NCBI GenBank assembly: GCA_964016885.1
Contig: OZ024740.1
Coordinates: 166,656,001-166,720,000 of the forward strand
Source: Eledone cirrhosa
Taxonomy: Eukaryota
DNA: 64,000 bases
Direction of reading: 5' to 3'
Both the position numbers and the translations under genes were made by a program. Each line of letters starts with the position of its first letter. Position 1 is the first letter of the stretch. The notes under the pieces are model-generated. The model was given only the letters and a program-made list of their open reading frames with translations. It did not search any database and was not told the origin of the DNA. Positions 1-16,009 of the stretch are shown piece after piece.

Positions 1-66
1 AATCAATACTTTAATCCCTACTTAGAAAACCGGCTTCTTCTGGAATGAAATTAATATCCTTCAAGA

Positions 67-148
<82 letters not shown>

Positions 149-311
149 TTATACGTCGCAACTCCTTAGGAATAGCATTAGAGGACGGTGTTGTATATGT
201 GCGTGTGTGTTTGTAATTATATCTATATTTCGTATAAATTTATGTATACACACAAACACAGACGTAAACACACACATATACCCACATACACACATACACA
301 AACCCACACAT

Positions 312-406
<95 letters not shown>

Positions 407-1180
407 ATATTTTATATGGAAGGACTAGATATATGTTTACATATGGACGTATTTTGCATTCTTTTAAAACTGTATGGAATCTTTGAAGTAAGTGAAATTT
501 GATAAGTTTTTATATGTCGGTAGAAGAGGATTATCTTAACATATTTCTCACTGAATACCGTTTACATCTACATCGGCAATGTACTAAACATCAAACTATA
601 TGAATTAACGTTGTAAATATATAAGATTAGTTTGTTTAGCTATATAGACATCAACGAGCCAATCTACTCCGAAAGTAAGTTCTCTTCCGATTCTCTATAT
701 TTCGTGAATAAACACTCAAAGTCGCTAACTGCGAAATCACTATGAAATTTCAACCGGATCTCATAATAAAACATTAAAAGGAAGAAAATACTGGATAACG
801 TATTTGAATTTCTGAAAATAGATAACAATAACAAGGCTAAAGTTGGGGTTATACATTGATCAGGGTTTCCTTAATTTTCTATGCTGAGTTCGACTCTTGT
901 GCGTACGTATAACATCTTACTGAAATGTGAGCAGTAACTGAACATTCAATTTGATATGTGCTTGGTTACTCTGCCGTGTATTTCTCAGCCGTTCTAATAT
1001 CCCCTTTGTCACAGTAACATTTGATTAAAATATATATGATGAAAATATAAAAAAAGATTAATTGTGAATTTATTCGCGTCACGATCCAGATATTTAGATT
1101 TATAACTTTCCTCTTGATTCATCTTTGATTACTGTTTGTAAAAGTAGAAATAGGGAGGGAAGTTATAATAGGGTAGAGAG

Positions 1181-1271
<91 letters not shown>

Positions 1272-1650
1272 CTATTTCATTTTGTAATGCAAGATAAATT
1301 AAATACCGCAATCGTGAAATATACAAAAATCATATATATCGGGACCTCTCACTTTAAGATTATAGCTTGTTCCGTTTCTAAACATTTATTTAACCTATAC
1401 TGATAATTATGTAATTCGCATAACACCTGTTTTTGACAAAGAAACATGAGTAAACGTGAATAATATCTAAGTGACCACCTAGTGCAATTCGAACCGGCAT
1501 CACCTTGGGTGATATTATGGTCTGTAGTATGCTTTAGTCTTCAGTAAGGGAATACTAATTCGATAGTATACATGGAGTTTAAACTGTCTGAAAAAATCCA
1601 GCATGGGTTTAATCATATTTCTTCTCGTTTATGACCGGCATGCGACAAAA

Positions 1651-2132
1651 CAGTACCAAATCGTGGGTACGATCCACGAGTCGGCCAATTTATATGAAAA
1701 TGTATTCCATATATGTATTTTATTCATGGGGAAATAAAGAAATACCTTCAGTTCCCTATCTTAAATACACTTTCGGTTATACCTATGAAAATATTTAGCC
1801 CGGGGCGTACAAAGCAGTACCAAATCGTGGGTACGATCCACGAGTCGGCCAATTTATATGAAAATGTATTCCATATATGTATTTTATTCATGGGGAAATA
1901 AAGAAATACCTTCAGTTCCCTATCTTAAATACACTTTCGGTTATACCTATGAAAATATTTAGCCCGGGGCGTACAAAGCAGTACCAAATCGTGGGTACGA
2001 TCCACGAGTCGGCCAATTTATATGAAAATGTATTCCATATATGTATTTTATTCATGGGGAAATAAAGAAATACCTTCAGTTCCCTATCTTAAATACACTT
2101 TCGGTTATACCTATGAAAATATTTAGCCCGGG
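1651..2132. repeat. Tandem repeat, 164-bp unit, ~2.9 apparently identical copies
   Basis: CAGTACCAAATCGTGGGTACGATCC recurs at 1651, 1815 and 1979; ORFs 1713..1901 and 1877..2065 are identical. Confidence 0.95.
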
Positions 2133-2167
2133 GGGAATAAAATTACTAGATATATATGTATTGATTT

Positions 2168-2405
2168 TATAAATATATCTTGAAAGATATCCTGGCAGCT
2201 CTACGGTATGTTCATAAAGGAAACAGTATTTTTATCCACAGCGATGCTGCCCTCATGTTTATGGTTTATATGTGTATCAAATATGTTTACAAATGTCTTC
2301 ATATATAAACAATAAACACGAGGGCAGCACCGCCGTGGAGAAAAATATTGTTTCCTCTATGAACATACCGTAGAGCTGCCAGGATATATTTCAAGATATG
2401 TTTAT
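2168..2405. repeat. Imperfect long inverted repeat (fold-back), ~100-bp arms
   Basis: ATATCCTGGCAGCTCTACGGTATGTTCATA in the left arm is matched by TATGAACATACCGTAGAGCTGCCAGGATAT in the right arm; spacer ~2272-2299. Confidence 0.9.
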
Positions 2406-2923
2406 TGTATATAAACTTATTATAAATCTTTATAGATGTCTTGATGTCTTGATGTACACCTCTATTGCGATGAAACGCTGTCTTGGTGCTACTGCCAATT
2501 AAATATAACCAGACAAGATTGCACTATATGCAACTGGCCACTTGCAGCCGGTGTTTTCTATTTGGAAGATACAAATGAGCATTTCCAGTAGATCCTCATC
2601 ACGCAAAATACTATATAGATAGGATTCATTACAATGCCAGGCTGTTCTGAATATAACCCATGAAAGATTAACCAAATTTGAAACCCTCTGATACTAACAG
2701 AATATGCTGGCAACGATATGATATAAACGTAGATGAAAATCGAGAACAATATACGTTTTTCGGTTCGTTTCGTTTTAGTTTCGCTATGAAACATATTTTT
2801 CTTTCGTAGCGAGGCTATCCACATGTTTATTGTTTACAAACGCATTATGTATGTTTATATATATGTTTATATATATATCTTCAACTTGTTTATGCTTAAA
2901 AGGCATATTAGTGCAACCGGCAA

Positions 2924-3008
<85 letters not shown>

Positions 3009-3545
3009 GTCAGGTCACTTTTGAGTGCTAGGGTTAACATGTAACCTAGTAAAAACTACTGTACGCGTCTCCGATGTAACTGGCAGCTCCGCATCAAGCT
3101 AGCGTGGCGAGGATGGTGATTTGGGACACCCTTGCGGGATGAAAAACAAGGTAGGAGGAATTCAAGAAAATCAAGAGCCCTCCCAAAAAACATTGTGACC
3201 ATTTTAACACCTGGCATGTGGCACAACACGCACAAACACAGCTAGATAGCTAGATGCTATCTTGATGGAGAGAATCTGAAATGTGCTGCAGAAGCAAGGA
3301 CAACATAAGTCATGTGCAGGTAATTCAGTAAATACAATAAAGTAAAAAAAAAACTCCCATGACGATGGAGATATAGCGACAGGAACAGGTAAAGGATGCC
3401 ACTTGAAGTTTCCAGCTTGAAGACTGCAAACGGCTGGTGAGAGATAACTGGCCGTTTTGCACAATATTTGTGAGTAATTGTGTAATCCTTGCTGAACCCT
3501 CATTTGTCGTTCAGGACGAGAGAACCCCCTCCCCCCACACACACG

Positions 3546-3577
<32 letters not shown>

Positions 3578-4480
3578 GGGTGTACCAAAAATTGTGTACA
3601 CAATATGTTCCTGCAACATCGTTTACTAAACGGAATCACAAGTTCTACACATTGATAAACAACATAACATAAACGGTCTCTCTCTCTCTATATATATATA
3701 TATACACACATTCAATTACATAAATTTAAAAATTTAAAATACTCACATAAACTAAGCAGGTGTATTCACCATTAAGCATACATATATATAAATAGTTCCA
3801 TATGTACACACACCTTTATGTGTGCATGTGTGTGTAAACATATAACAAAATAGTAAGAATAGTAACAACAACAATAAGATTGCAAGGGTTATACAAGAAA
3901 AAAACAAAAAAGGGGCGGGTGAAGTAGCAAGGTGGAAAACTACAATACAGTACTAACATAAAAAATCATTAAAGTTTTCTAAATAAATCACAAAAAGATT
4001 GCTAGTAGTAAATATATATATATATTATCGACGTGTTTTTAATAAAAACATTTTGAGTGAAATTCTTCCCAAGATCAAAGTGAAAATGTAACACAACCAC
4101 AGGGTGAAGCAGCTGTGTCTCTTCACATGAATGAATTTATTCAAAAGTTGTACATTATGCTTGAATCAAACATATTTTCTAATAGAAATGCAACAGTAAA
4201 TTCAGAGAACTCGAACGTCAATCATTTACATGGCGAAGCATGATTTTCAATTGAAAAAGAAGATATCACTCACCCAGAATTATACGCAGCACCTGTCAAT
4301 ATACCTACACACAGTTTATGAAAATTATGTAAATTTTAATAGTACTCAACACATGCCAATGGTCGTCCGAACTAAATTGAATATAACGTGAATTTGCAAG
4401 TTGGTTAATGATTTAACTATATTTATGTTTATGTAATAGTCAGACTTAGCACCATGGAATCAATATACTCAAGAGATATT

Positions 4481-4640
4481 TGTTTCTGATTTAGAAACAA
4501 GGCCAGCAGTTTTGGAGGGAGGGAAAAGTCGATTAAATCAACCCCAGTGGGTTACTGCTGCTTTATTTCATCGACCCCGTAAGGAGGAAAGGCAAAGCTA
4601 ACCCCGTTGGGATTTGAATTCAGAACGTAAAGAGCTGTAA
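4481..4640 (-). mobile_element. tRNA-derived SINE, partial
   Basis: Reverse complement of the family core TTTGCCTTTC(A)TCCTTACGGGGTCGAT and the CTGGCCTTGT tail. Confidence 0.85.
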
Positions 4641-6166
4641 CCTAACGTTTCCCCAATGTTATATTGATCAGTACCAAAACTCGACTAGATACTTTGGATC
4701 AAAAATTCGTGCAGTATAATATTGTATATCAATAGTTAAATAGAAGTAACAGACGTGTTTAGATTATATATATTATATCAGTATTGATGAGATTTCCTTG
4801 GTCTTAAACGAGTATTATACCAGGATGATTGATTATCAGAACTTACTAATTGTAACCCAATCACCAGATATAATATTACAAATGAACCTTTTAACATTTT
4901 AGAAAATAACATAGATTATTTACGCGTTATTGTAAACGGTAATAAAAGTATAATAAATATTTAAATTATATTAATAAATTATTTAATTACCCTAGAATTA
5001 TAACTGAGCATTTCGTTTGGATTATTTTTCACGGAACGTTGATGCTTTTCTCAGAATAACGATGCTTTGCGAACAGGAATGCGTTTTAAAACTTAGCTAA
5101 GTGACCGTAATAGAGATGATTTTGTTTAAAATGTAATAACTGTTCTATTTGATCTTACGGCTTAACGAAGGAAATAATATACACAATTTTGTTGCAATCA
5201 ACATTTTAAAGACGTAAATATAAATTAACTGTATGTAAGTCTCGTTACAACTAGCTCATTTAATTATTTAGGAACCCTGCTTGATGTGCAAGTCAACTGC
5301 GAAAAAATAATATGCATAACTATTTGTAATGGAACATGATATAAGTAGAAAAACCTTCAACACGCGATTAAATGCTTTCTGGTCTGTGGAAAACCGAGAC
5401 AATTGATATCTTATTCATCAAAAGTGTTGCTGAATAAGAAAGAATGTAGAGTGGATCAATTCACGTAAGAAGAGAGCTTAAGATCCTTTTATTTTTTTAC
5501 ATTCCAAGACAGTAATATTACATTGACATTTAATGGTTTCACAACACTCAACTCCCCACAAATATAATTGAACATTCTTCTTACAATTAGGCATATCATC
5601 TTCAGAGTTAATATATATGCCATACAAGGGGCTAATTGAAGGTACTTATATATTACGAAATTGAATCTATGAACTAATTAATACATATTTTACTTCTTAT
5701 GGCCCGGTATTTGATTGTGTATCTGGAAAAACTAGAATATGAATGTTTTCCGCCATTTAAAATTATGAGTAAACAGCTTAAGTCACATGCTATTACATGG
5801 CATCGTAACCACTCCAATGTAATGTATACTGCTATAGAATTAAATCGTTCCAAGCTGACTGAAAAACTATTGAAGCAGTCCGATAATTCAAAAGATCAGA
5901 GTGCCTCGCTGATTCTTGTAAATATATGGGGAACACTTATTAATTTCCACAATAATGAGGTGTACCATTAGGTCTGGTGACCAACAACAGGACGTCTCAT
6001 CGCTGATTGAAGATCTATTTAGCAACATTTATAAGTATTGACTACGCATAGTCTAATAATTTAAGCTTACACAATCATTTTTTATACTAATATTAATTAC
6101 GTTAAAACTATTTTTGTTATCTATTACACACACACACACACAAACACACACACATACATACACACC

Positions 6167-6213
<47 letters not shown>

Positions 6214-7675
6214 ACACACACACACACACACACACTTATATATATATATATATATGAAAGGGCGGTGCCTCAGCATCACCTCAGCCGGATGGCTGGAACA
6301 GGTAAAAGAGAATATATATATATATATATATATATACAAGCAAACATATATAGATTAATACAAATCAGTAGCATATATAACTGCAGGAATTATTTCGCTT
6401 TCCTGTGGAAATAGATATATTGTTGATTTAATAGTTATATATATATGTAAATATGATTGGAACCAGTGTGTACATTGGCAGACAAACAATGGAGAAACCA
6501 ATATTACGCCATAGTAGCGAACCTGTATTTAAAACTCTTCAATTTTCAATTTACCTGATCATGAATCTGTAAATACGTGCCGGAGTGAATCAAGTTTGAT
6601 AAATGCTTTGTTAGCTTGCAGTACTAAATTGAAATACCCGGCGATGAGAATAAAAAGCGACCTACTATATTGCCACTACACAAGCAAGCGATGTCACACA
6701 GGACTTGATGATGAAGATAAAAATGAGAATGATGAAGATGATGGTGATTAATTGAAGTATGGATATATAATGACGAGAAAGTTTCTGATAGCGATGTTTG
6801 TCTCATTCCATTCATGTGTGTGTGTATGTGTGCGTTTGGATGTGCGTGTGTGTGTCTCTGTGGCTGTATGTACTTAGAAGTATACAGAAGGATATATGAA
6901 TGACAGTCTCGTGCTCTCACTACGATAAGAAATGTATAATTATATTATATCACCCCACCCCGACATTACCCACTCACATACGCACACACAAAACGAGTAC
7001 TCCGCATTTCTGCGAAGCGGAACTTTCGGTACAATCTTCTGCATGCATATCGAGCGTGAAAGTTTCCTGTGCGATATACAAATTGGTGGTGGTTCCCAGT
7101 GGAAAAACTGGGTCTGTGTGGGCAGCTGCACTGAAGTTATGAGCAAGATGATAAGATCTTTGTGTCACAGAGAGTGCCAATGAAAATAAGCCATAAAAGA
7201 TAGAGCGTCCGGAAGAAAGAAACACAAGACGTTTTATTGCAGGTCTAAATGTTCTTAGTATGAGAATGTTTCTTTATAGTTAGATTATGTACATTCATAC
7301 GAAATATGCAGGCCCTCACACACGCATAAATACAAGCAGATACACATACATACACACTCATACCTTCGTAACCATATGCAAACATAGACATTCACAAATA
7401 CAGGCGCAAAATAAAAGGTGGCTCACACGCAAACGCACATTAACAAATAGAATACTCTCATATATACTCAATAATTAATATAGTGAAATACTCAGTAACA
7501 CAGGATATCTATAGCACAATTTCTTTCACTTACACACATATTAAGAAACAAATTTCAACGGTCACATATGTGTATGTGTACTCGAATAAATACTCGTTTA
7601 TTAATATACAAAAGCACTCATTAATATTTATCTATCTGTACCTATATTTCAAACACACGAACATGCACACATAAA

Positions 7676-7722
<47 letters not shown>

Positions 7723-7921
7723 GTATGTATGTGTGTGTGCGTATGTGTGTGTGTGAGTATATATATGTGTGTGCGCGCACATAGAAAGATAGTGTTATAT
7801 ATATATATATAACACTATCTTTCTATATATATAGATTTAATCAAACTGTTTAATATATGAATACGAATTTTATCTCTCTCATTCCCTCCGTAACGATATA
7901 TATATATATATATATACATAT

Positions 7922-7985
<64 letters not shown>

Positions 7986-7987
<2 letters not shown>

Positions 7988-8179
7988 CGAAGGAAATGTG
8001 GTAGGGAACCAGATGGACCATAACGCACCAAACCACTCAATACTTAAGGGAGTAGAGTGGGTAATAGGAATAATTATGACCCCGACGGCAGAGCTCAAGC
8101 CGTTTCGACGGCTAATTCTGGATTGAGTCCAGAATTAGTCGTCGAAACGGCTTCAGCTCTGCCGTCGGGGTCATACTTG

Positions 8180-8184
<5 letters not shown>
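7986..8184 (-). mobile_element. Short (TA)n-tailed element with snap-back inverted end (probable Penelope-like pLTR remnant)
   Basis: Hairpin 8066-8184; same family as 58808-59021 and 37945-38095. Confidence 0.6.
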
Positions 8185-8245
<61 letters not shown>

Positions 8246-8292
8246 TAGTGACGAAACATAAGTCAATTGCATGACCTCATAATCCTTTATTT

Positions 8293-8348
8293 ACTGCTAT
8301 ATATATTTCGATGATAGCCATTGAATGGCTATGACCTCATCAGGCAGT
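8293..8348 (-). ncRNA. Type I hammerhead ribozyme (family B)
   Basis: Minus strand reads ACTGC-CTGATGA-GGTCATAGCCAT.TCA.ATGGCTATCATC-GAAA-TATATA-TA-GCAGT: complete core, stem I ACTGC/GCAGT, palindromic stem III. Confidence 0.85.
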
Positions 8349-8451
8349 TAGTCAGTTCTTAGACATGCCAGCTCTGTGTTTATAGTGTTGATGTTATAGA
8401 GCCTTGTGACATATTTATATATATATTTATATATATATTTATATATATATA

Positions 8452-8502
<51 letters not shown>

Positions 8503-8515
8503 AATATACACACAA

Positions 8516-8569
<54 letters not shown>

Positions 8570-8778
8570 GTGTATATATTTTTATGTATATATATATGTG
8601 TGCGTGTGCGCGTGCTTACATGTGTTTGTATGAGTGAGTGTGCGCGTAAATATTGATGTGGGTTTATTAGAAACGATAAAAGCACTAAACTAAGTCATTT
8701 GACCTATTTAACGTTTCCCTCAACGTGAGAGGCGAACCAACACGTATATTCGTGTAATACATAGGTACATTCACACAC

Positions 8779-8882
<104 letters not shown>

Positions 8883-9019
8883 TTATACACACATACACAC
8901 ACCCATATATACATATACACACACACACACACATATATATACCCACATATATATATGTATTTATATATATATATATATATTAACATGTATACATTCACTT
9001 CTACACGTATATTTTCATT

Positions 9020-9061
<42 letters not shown>

Positions 9062-9099
9062 TATATATATATATAGGGATATTTTTAATATCACCATTT

Positions 9100-9560
9100 G
9101 GGATAAGATATTTATGTGAGATGGGTCCCTTTCTCAATTTCTCCGTACTGTCCGTGAGTGACTTGATGTCCTATTTTCAAGACGTTGGCTGTGTAGTCGA
9201 GGCCAATACGAATGGCTACTAGAAAGACTTGACTTAACGCTATCCAATTTTTTTTCCTTTAACGGTAGGCGAAGGAAGATGTTTATAGAACAAAACCAAA
9301 ACCTCAGATTCAATTGGAGGAAATACTTCGTCATATGGTGATCAACTTACCGCCTGAGTTACTGATGAATGCGGTAAAGGATATATCCAGGCGATTACAA
9401 ACACCGCTGAATAACGCTGGTATCTATTCGTACGTTTAATTACTGTACCGTACTCCATCTATTATACTGTTTAAATTAAAACATGTTTTATGAAAATCAA
9501 CCAAGAATGATTAAAGCTATTACCAATTTAAATAGGGTTTTTTTCTACCCACTCTGTGTA
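9100..9560 (+). mobile_element. Degenerate Tc1/mariner-superfamily transposase 3' fragment
   Basis: From ~9187 it translates as [23 protein letters not shown]...KEDVYRTKP, resembling the WPPRSPDLTPLDFFLWGYLK..VY..KP motif; ends CACTCTGTGTA. Confidence 0.6.
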
Positions 9561-10731
9561 TTGAAGGTTTCTTTTTCTTGTTTTGAACTTTTTATATGTT
9601 TCTAAACCCTGCGATAGGGCTTATATGTTCTCATATGTTTATGATACATTGTGATGTTAATCCTTATATCAATGGTAGTAAAATTATGATGTTTAAATCT
9701 ATCGACTCTGTGATAAACAGGCACATATACCATCACAAATGTTAAAAAGTTATTATACCCCACCCCATTTATATATATATATATATGTGTGTGTGGGCGT
9801 GTGCATGTGTGTGTGTGTGTGTATGTGTGTATATATATATGTGTGTGTGTATGGGTGTGTGTGTGTGTGAGTATGTGTACTATAGCTTTCAAATCATTGT
9901 GCCAATTGAACATATTACTGCATACCAGGTGGCAAGGGCTTATTACTTTATGAACTCCAAAAACGTGATTAAGGAGCACTTACTTTTATTCACCTCAAAA
10001 AGCGAAGTAAGAAAGGCAAACACAATGTTATATTCGTAATTACAGAGACGTTTCTATGACATTTAACTGAAATATTCGACATTAATAGGAAGGTAGAATG
10101 TTTTTCTGATGAAGAACCTCCATTGCCCATCTTTTATTATCACATACTATTTTCAAAATGCCTAATGCCTTAGTTTTATTTTGCCAAGCAATAAAATCTA
10201 ATTGATTTACGGATAATTGAGTAATTTTTCTTGTTTTTATGCTATTCCTCATGTTATTGTTATTGTTTGTGTTATAGCTATTTACATTTTTCTTACATAT
10301 ATTGATTTCTATTGTGATTGTTGTGTGTAATCATATTATTTTGTTTGCATTGTCTTCTGTTATTTTTCTCCCATTGTCACCAGTTGTTATCAATTTATTT
10401 CTTGAATGATGGTGGCTATTAATAAGATTCAGTTTGTTATTAATGCTGCTGTATTTTTTCTGCTGTTGTGCAATTAATTAATACCAGTGTGGTTGTGGTC
10501 GTGGTGGTGTTGGTAGTGATGATTGTGCAGATAGTGTTGGGGTGTTTACTATGCTGGCAATGGTATGAAGGTAGTATGTCATAGATGAATATGCCCAGGG
10601 GCTAGTGTTGATTGGACACGTTGGTTGGTGTGACGGCGTTGTTAATTGCTCTGTTGAAGGAAGTAAGGAAGTACTGGTAATAATAAATATAACCATTAAC
10701 TTGTTACTACTCATCCAGCAACATTAAATAT

Positions 10732-10897
10732 ATAATTGTTTCTACTATTGGCACAAGGCCAGCAAATACCCACTACATTACTGGTACTTTATTTTATCGA
10801 CCCCGTAAGGATGAAAGGCAAAGTTGACCTCGGCGGGATTTGATCTCAGAATGGAAAGGGCCATAACTCTATGGGTCAAAGCATGACGTCTACCGAT
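10732..10897 (-). mobile_element. tRNA-derived SINE
   Basis: Family core and tail on the minus strand. Confidence 0.9.
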
Positions 10898-12511
10898 ATA
10901 ATAATGGTGAATACGAATCTGTATTCAATATGATTATGTATAAGAAACATACGTTCAGTATAGGTGATCGATAGTGAGCGAGTGCTGACAATTACTAATG
11001 ACTGTAAAATACATGTTTTATGATAACGGCTTAATATACTCAGAACAAAACTAAATAAATGTTTATCATACATAAACATATGGCATGTGGGTTAATATAC
11101 GCACTTAGTTTGAATCATGTTATGCTAATAATATGTCTCATTAAATAGGTAAAATTATGCTGTTTATTTCTACCATGCCCTTCAAGAATATAATACTTAG
11201 CGTATATTGAAACTAGACCTAAATCGGAGCGCTTCTGTCATAGCATAAATGCAGAATAGAACTACAAGCTAATGAACTAATATTTACATAGACCCTTACA
11301 CCATGTAACCAAGGTTGTACGTAATCATGTCCCCTTGTTACATCCATCGTTGGCTTATATCAACAATTTGTTTTCAGTCCCAGATCAATTATGACCGAGA
11401 GGAGATGATCAAAAGCATTCATACTTCTATTCCATCTCTTTCGAAGTATATAAAACTACATTATCTAAAGTAGTGTTTGCTTTATTTCAGGCGATTGAAT
11501 TTGGTTTCAGGAAAATTAGTTTGGTGTTTCTAGTTTATTACAATATTTGAATAGACTATGGACTGTGTTGAATGTGCGAGAATGATTGAAATATGATAGA
11601 GCGAGAGAGTATTTGCATGTGTTTGTATCTGCAGGAATGTTAGAGAAAGAGAAAGAGGGAATGAGAGAAACGGAGGGATAGTGAGAGAGGGAAAAAAGAA
11701 AGAAAGGGTGAGTGAGCAACAGAGTGAGTGAGTGAGTGGGTGAGTGAGAGAGAGAGCGAGAGAGAGAGAGAGAAAGGGAAATTACGTCTCAGGATTTGCA
11801 AAAGTAATTAAGTAATACATGGTACTGAGTTGCCTTTAGACAGATCTTGGATGAATGTTTACGACAATGTGTACTCCACTAATAGCAGCAAACGACTGGG
11901 TGCTAGCATTTAAGAGTTGACATAAAATCTACCATCCATCGACAAGTATAGTACATTTCATAGACTTTCATACTTTCACTCTACAAAATTTCACAGAAAA
12001 AGCCTTGATCGATCCGAGATGGTTAGAAAATACATGCATTAAACGCTGTACAATGCACTCGACTCCGGGAGTATTAGATTCCGAAGACAACTTCTTAATC
12101 ACATGAATAACAGTGAGCGAAATATTACAACATCCAAGATCAAATTCTGGATGTATTTGTTCTTTGTAATTGTAGTTTTAATACGATCAAAACATTTCAA
12201 TCGATAACCATTCTATCTGTGACTATACAGTCCCATGCGTCGTTTGAAGGAATTTGGTTAATATGTCTAAGAATAACAGTTATTTTCGAGGCAGCAATAA
12301 AAATTACACATACATACACATACTCCCACACACACACTCTCACACACACACACACACACACATACATACACACAAACACCACACACATACATACACACAC
12401 ATAATAAAAATATTATTGACACAACTGCATGCTACCTAAGCTTTCAAAGCATTCTCTACCATGGTAGTGTTGCTTATCTTACAAGCAATGTCAAGATGGC
12501 CGACGTTATTT

Positions 12512-12692
12512 ACATTAGTATCGGTAGAAGGTCGGACGCCATGCTTTCCAACATAGTTACGTCCTTTTACGATCTGAGTTCAAATCCCGTCGAGGTTAAC
12601 TTTGCCTTTCATCCTTACGGCGTCGATAAAATAAAGTACCAGTGATGCCCTGGGTGATTGCTGGCCTTGTGCCAAACGTAGAAACAGTTATT
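12512..12692 (+). mobile_element. tRNA-derived SINE
   Basis: B-box-like GAGTTCAAATCC, core CCTTTCATCCTTACGGCGTCGATAAAAT, tail GTAGAAACAGTTATT. Confidence 0.9.
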
Positions 12693-13049
12693 TACATTAG
12701 ATCTCCCAAATTACAAGGAAAGTAATCATAATGTAGCAATAATGAATTATACATACGATGTCAGTATATATGATCAAATATCCTCTCAGCTTGAAAGAGT
12801 GCATGCTCAGGCATAAAAAAAATATCTTCTTTAGTTGCTTTGTTCCCTATGGTACAAAGGGGGACGAAAGATCTCCATTTTGTTGGGTTAAAATGTGTGT
12901 TACAGGCCAGTTCCTATGCCAAGTAACTGCTCAAAGTTTCTGTGGCAATTTTGATTAAGGGTGTAAGGATGCTATCTTAGTACTCCATTCATTCTCCATT
13001 CCTTAGGTTTCGAAGTCAAAGCAATGCTGTACATTCATACATACTCACT

Positions 13050-13110
<61 letters not shown>

Positions 13111-13206
13111 AGATTTGAATGGATACAGTTTAGTTGAAAGGAATTTATTGACACGTGTTTCTATAACAGTTACATAACCTAAATATATATATATATATAT
13201 ATATAT

Positions 13207-13262
13207 ATACAAATGAATATATGATAGGGATAAACACTGATACAAGTATACATGTGTTTGCA

Positions 13263-13327
<65 letters not shown>

Positions 13328-13380
13328 CAAATGAATATATGATAGGGATAAACACTGATACAAGTATACATGTGTTTGCA
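13207..13380. repeat. Local duplication of a 56-bp unique segment separated by (TA)n
   Basis: ATACAAATGAATATATGATAGGGATAAACACTGATACAAGTATACATGTGTTTGCA at 13207 and 13325. Confidence 0.9.
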
Positions 13381-13620
13381 TTGCAAATGACCAAGTTAGC
13401 TAGATTGAAAAATACTAATTAAAATAATACGGTTCGCCTGTCTCGATTTAAAATAATAAATCAATAAAATCAAACCTATATTGGCAATAGCCGTGATACC
13501 TGGACACATTTTAAATTTTAAATTTTAAATTTGTTTCGCAAGAATTAAGTGAAATTTCCTATTCCTGTGCTCTTCTGCAGGTATCCAGAAATTGCAAAAG
13601 ACTATTTGAGTTTATAACTC

Positions 13621-13660
<40 letters not shown>

Positions 13661-14949
13661 TATATATATACAAATATATATACAAATATGAACACACAGG
13701 TATATAATATAATATATATATATATATATATGTGTGTGTATATACATACGAGGTCAGTCGGAAAAATATCATACATAAGGCTAGGAAAAGTTACTTAGTG
13801 GGGTCCCATAGCTAGTCACATACGAGGTAGGTACCTCTTTCAACTGCTCAGCTGACGCAGCGATACTCATCCTGTTCGATGCCTGTCTGAAATGCTTTTA
13901 TCGTAATGGCTTTCAACTTCCCCATCTCAATCCAAATCAGGCCTTGCCGGCACATAAAGCACGATTTTATCAGTTATATTTTTATGTTTTGGAAATATCC
14001 CGAAATCAGATATTAGGGAGAAATGTGGGTTCAGCTGCGACGAATGAGACGGAAGTTATCATGATACAGCTGCTAGATTGGCTGGACCTAAAGATCAGGA
14101 CTATTGTGTGTTGTACCAACAGCATCGTGAAAATGCCAGATTTCGTGACAGTAATCCATTGTACAAGTCTGTGAATTGTGTGTGAATTTGTGATGCACAC
14201 GACTCAGTAGACAAATACGTCAATCAATATCCCTTTAATTTTGCGTCGCACCTGAAGAATTATGGGAGCGAGGTTGGTTGTTTCGCCTGAGACGATTGAG
14301 CTTTGTTTATCATGTCATACCCGTACAACTACGTTTCATATGTTGTTATCATATCTTTCAGGGGGTAAGGATATTTGTCAGAAGTACCAAGCGAAGAGTA
14401 GCGAAGCTGAATCTAACAAGACGGCTGCTTGGCAGCGATTAATGACTCAAGCGAGCGCCCCGAATACCACACATGAACATGACAGTACATGGATTGCTTC
14501 TGCCCATATTTGTCTCCCAAACGCCTTAACTCCACATATTGGAACATGTTTTCGCTACATGCAGTATATACATGTCAGCGAAGCATAGAATGTACAGTAA
14601 TTACCACAGTAATGTTGAATGTATCACTAGGTAAATTAATTGTAATATTTTATATGAGTAGAAGGGCGAAATGGCTTAGCGCTGGTACTGTGTTTGTAAT
14701 TGTGAAGGGAATGGTAAATTTGTGAATCACAGAGACTTTGTTAAAGTGTCCCTTCAAATATGGCGTGGAGTTTTAAGTGTTGATGAATAGCTGCATCAGC
14801 GGAGCGAAATATTGCTTCATAAATGCAGTGGCATGAATTAGTATTACAAGCAAGTTTCATTTTTGAAGTTAAACTTTGTAGATATTAAATGCATAGAACC
14901 TGGTTGTATACATATATTCACAAACACACACATAGACACATACATACAC

Positions 14950-15784
<835 letters not shown>

Positions 15785-16009
15785 TTTTTTGGGGTGTTAG
15801 TAGGCGTCAGTCATCTTACCATCCCATTCCTTCTAACTAGCCTCTGTGTCACGTGATTGATTCTTTAGAATCGGCCATTTGACTTGAAGCAGTGAGAATT
15901 TCGGTACATAGAATCCAGTCCTCGCAAGCTGTTCGATCTACCGAATTATTATTATTTTTATATGAGCCGCCAGTGTCCGCGCATTGCCTGGAGACTTAAC
16001 TGAGAATAG

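Noticed and set aside
1651-2132. CRISPR-like array
   Set aside because: Whole units are identical with no unique spacers; eukaryotic context
3008-3530. GC-richer segment as a LINE 5' UTR with an HDV-like ribozyme
   Set aside because: Could not build the nested double pseudoknot or find a diagnostic protein motif by eye
14455-14468. GCGCCCGAA as a tRNA-Lys primer binding site
   Set aside because: Lacks the TGG start; no adjacent LTR or gag/pol sequence
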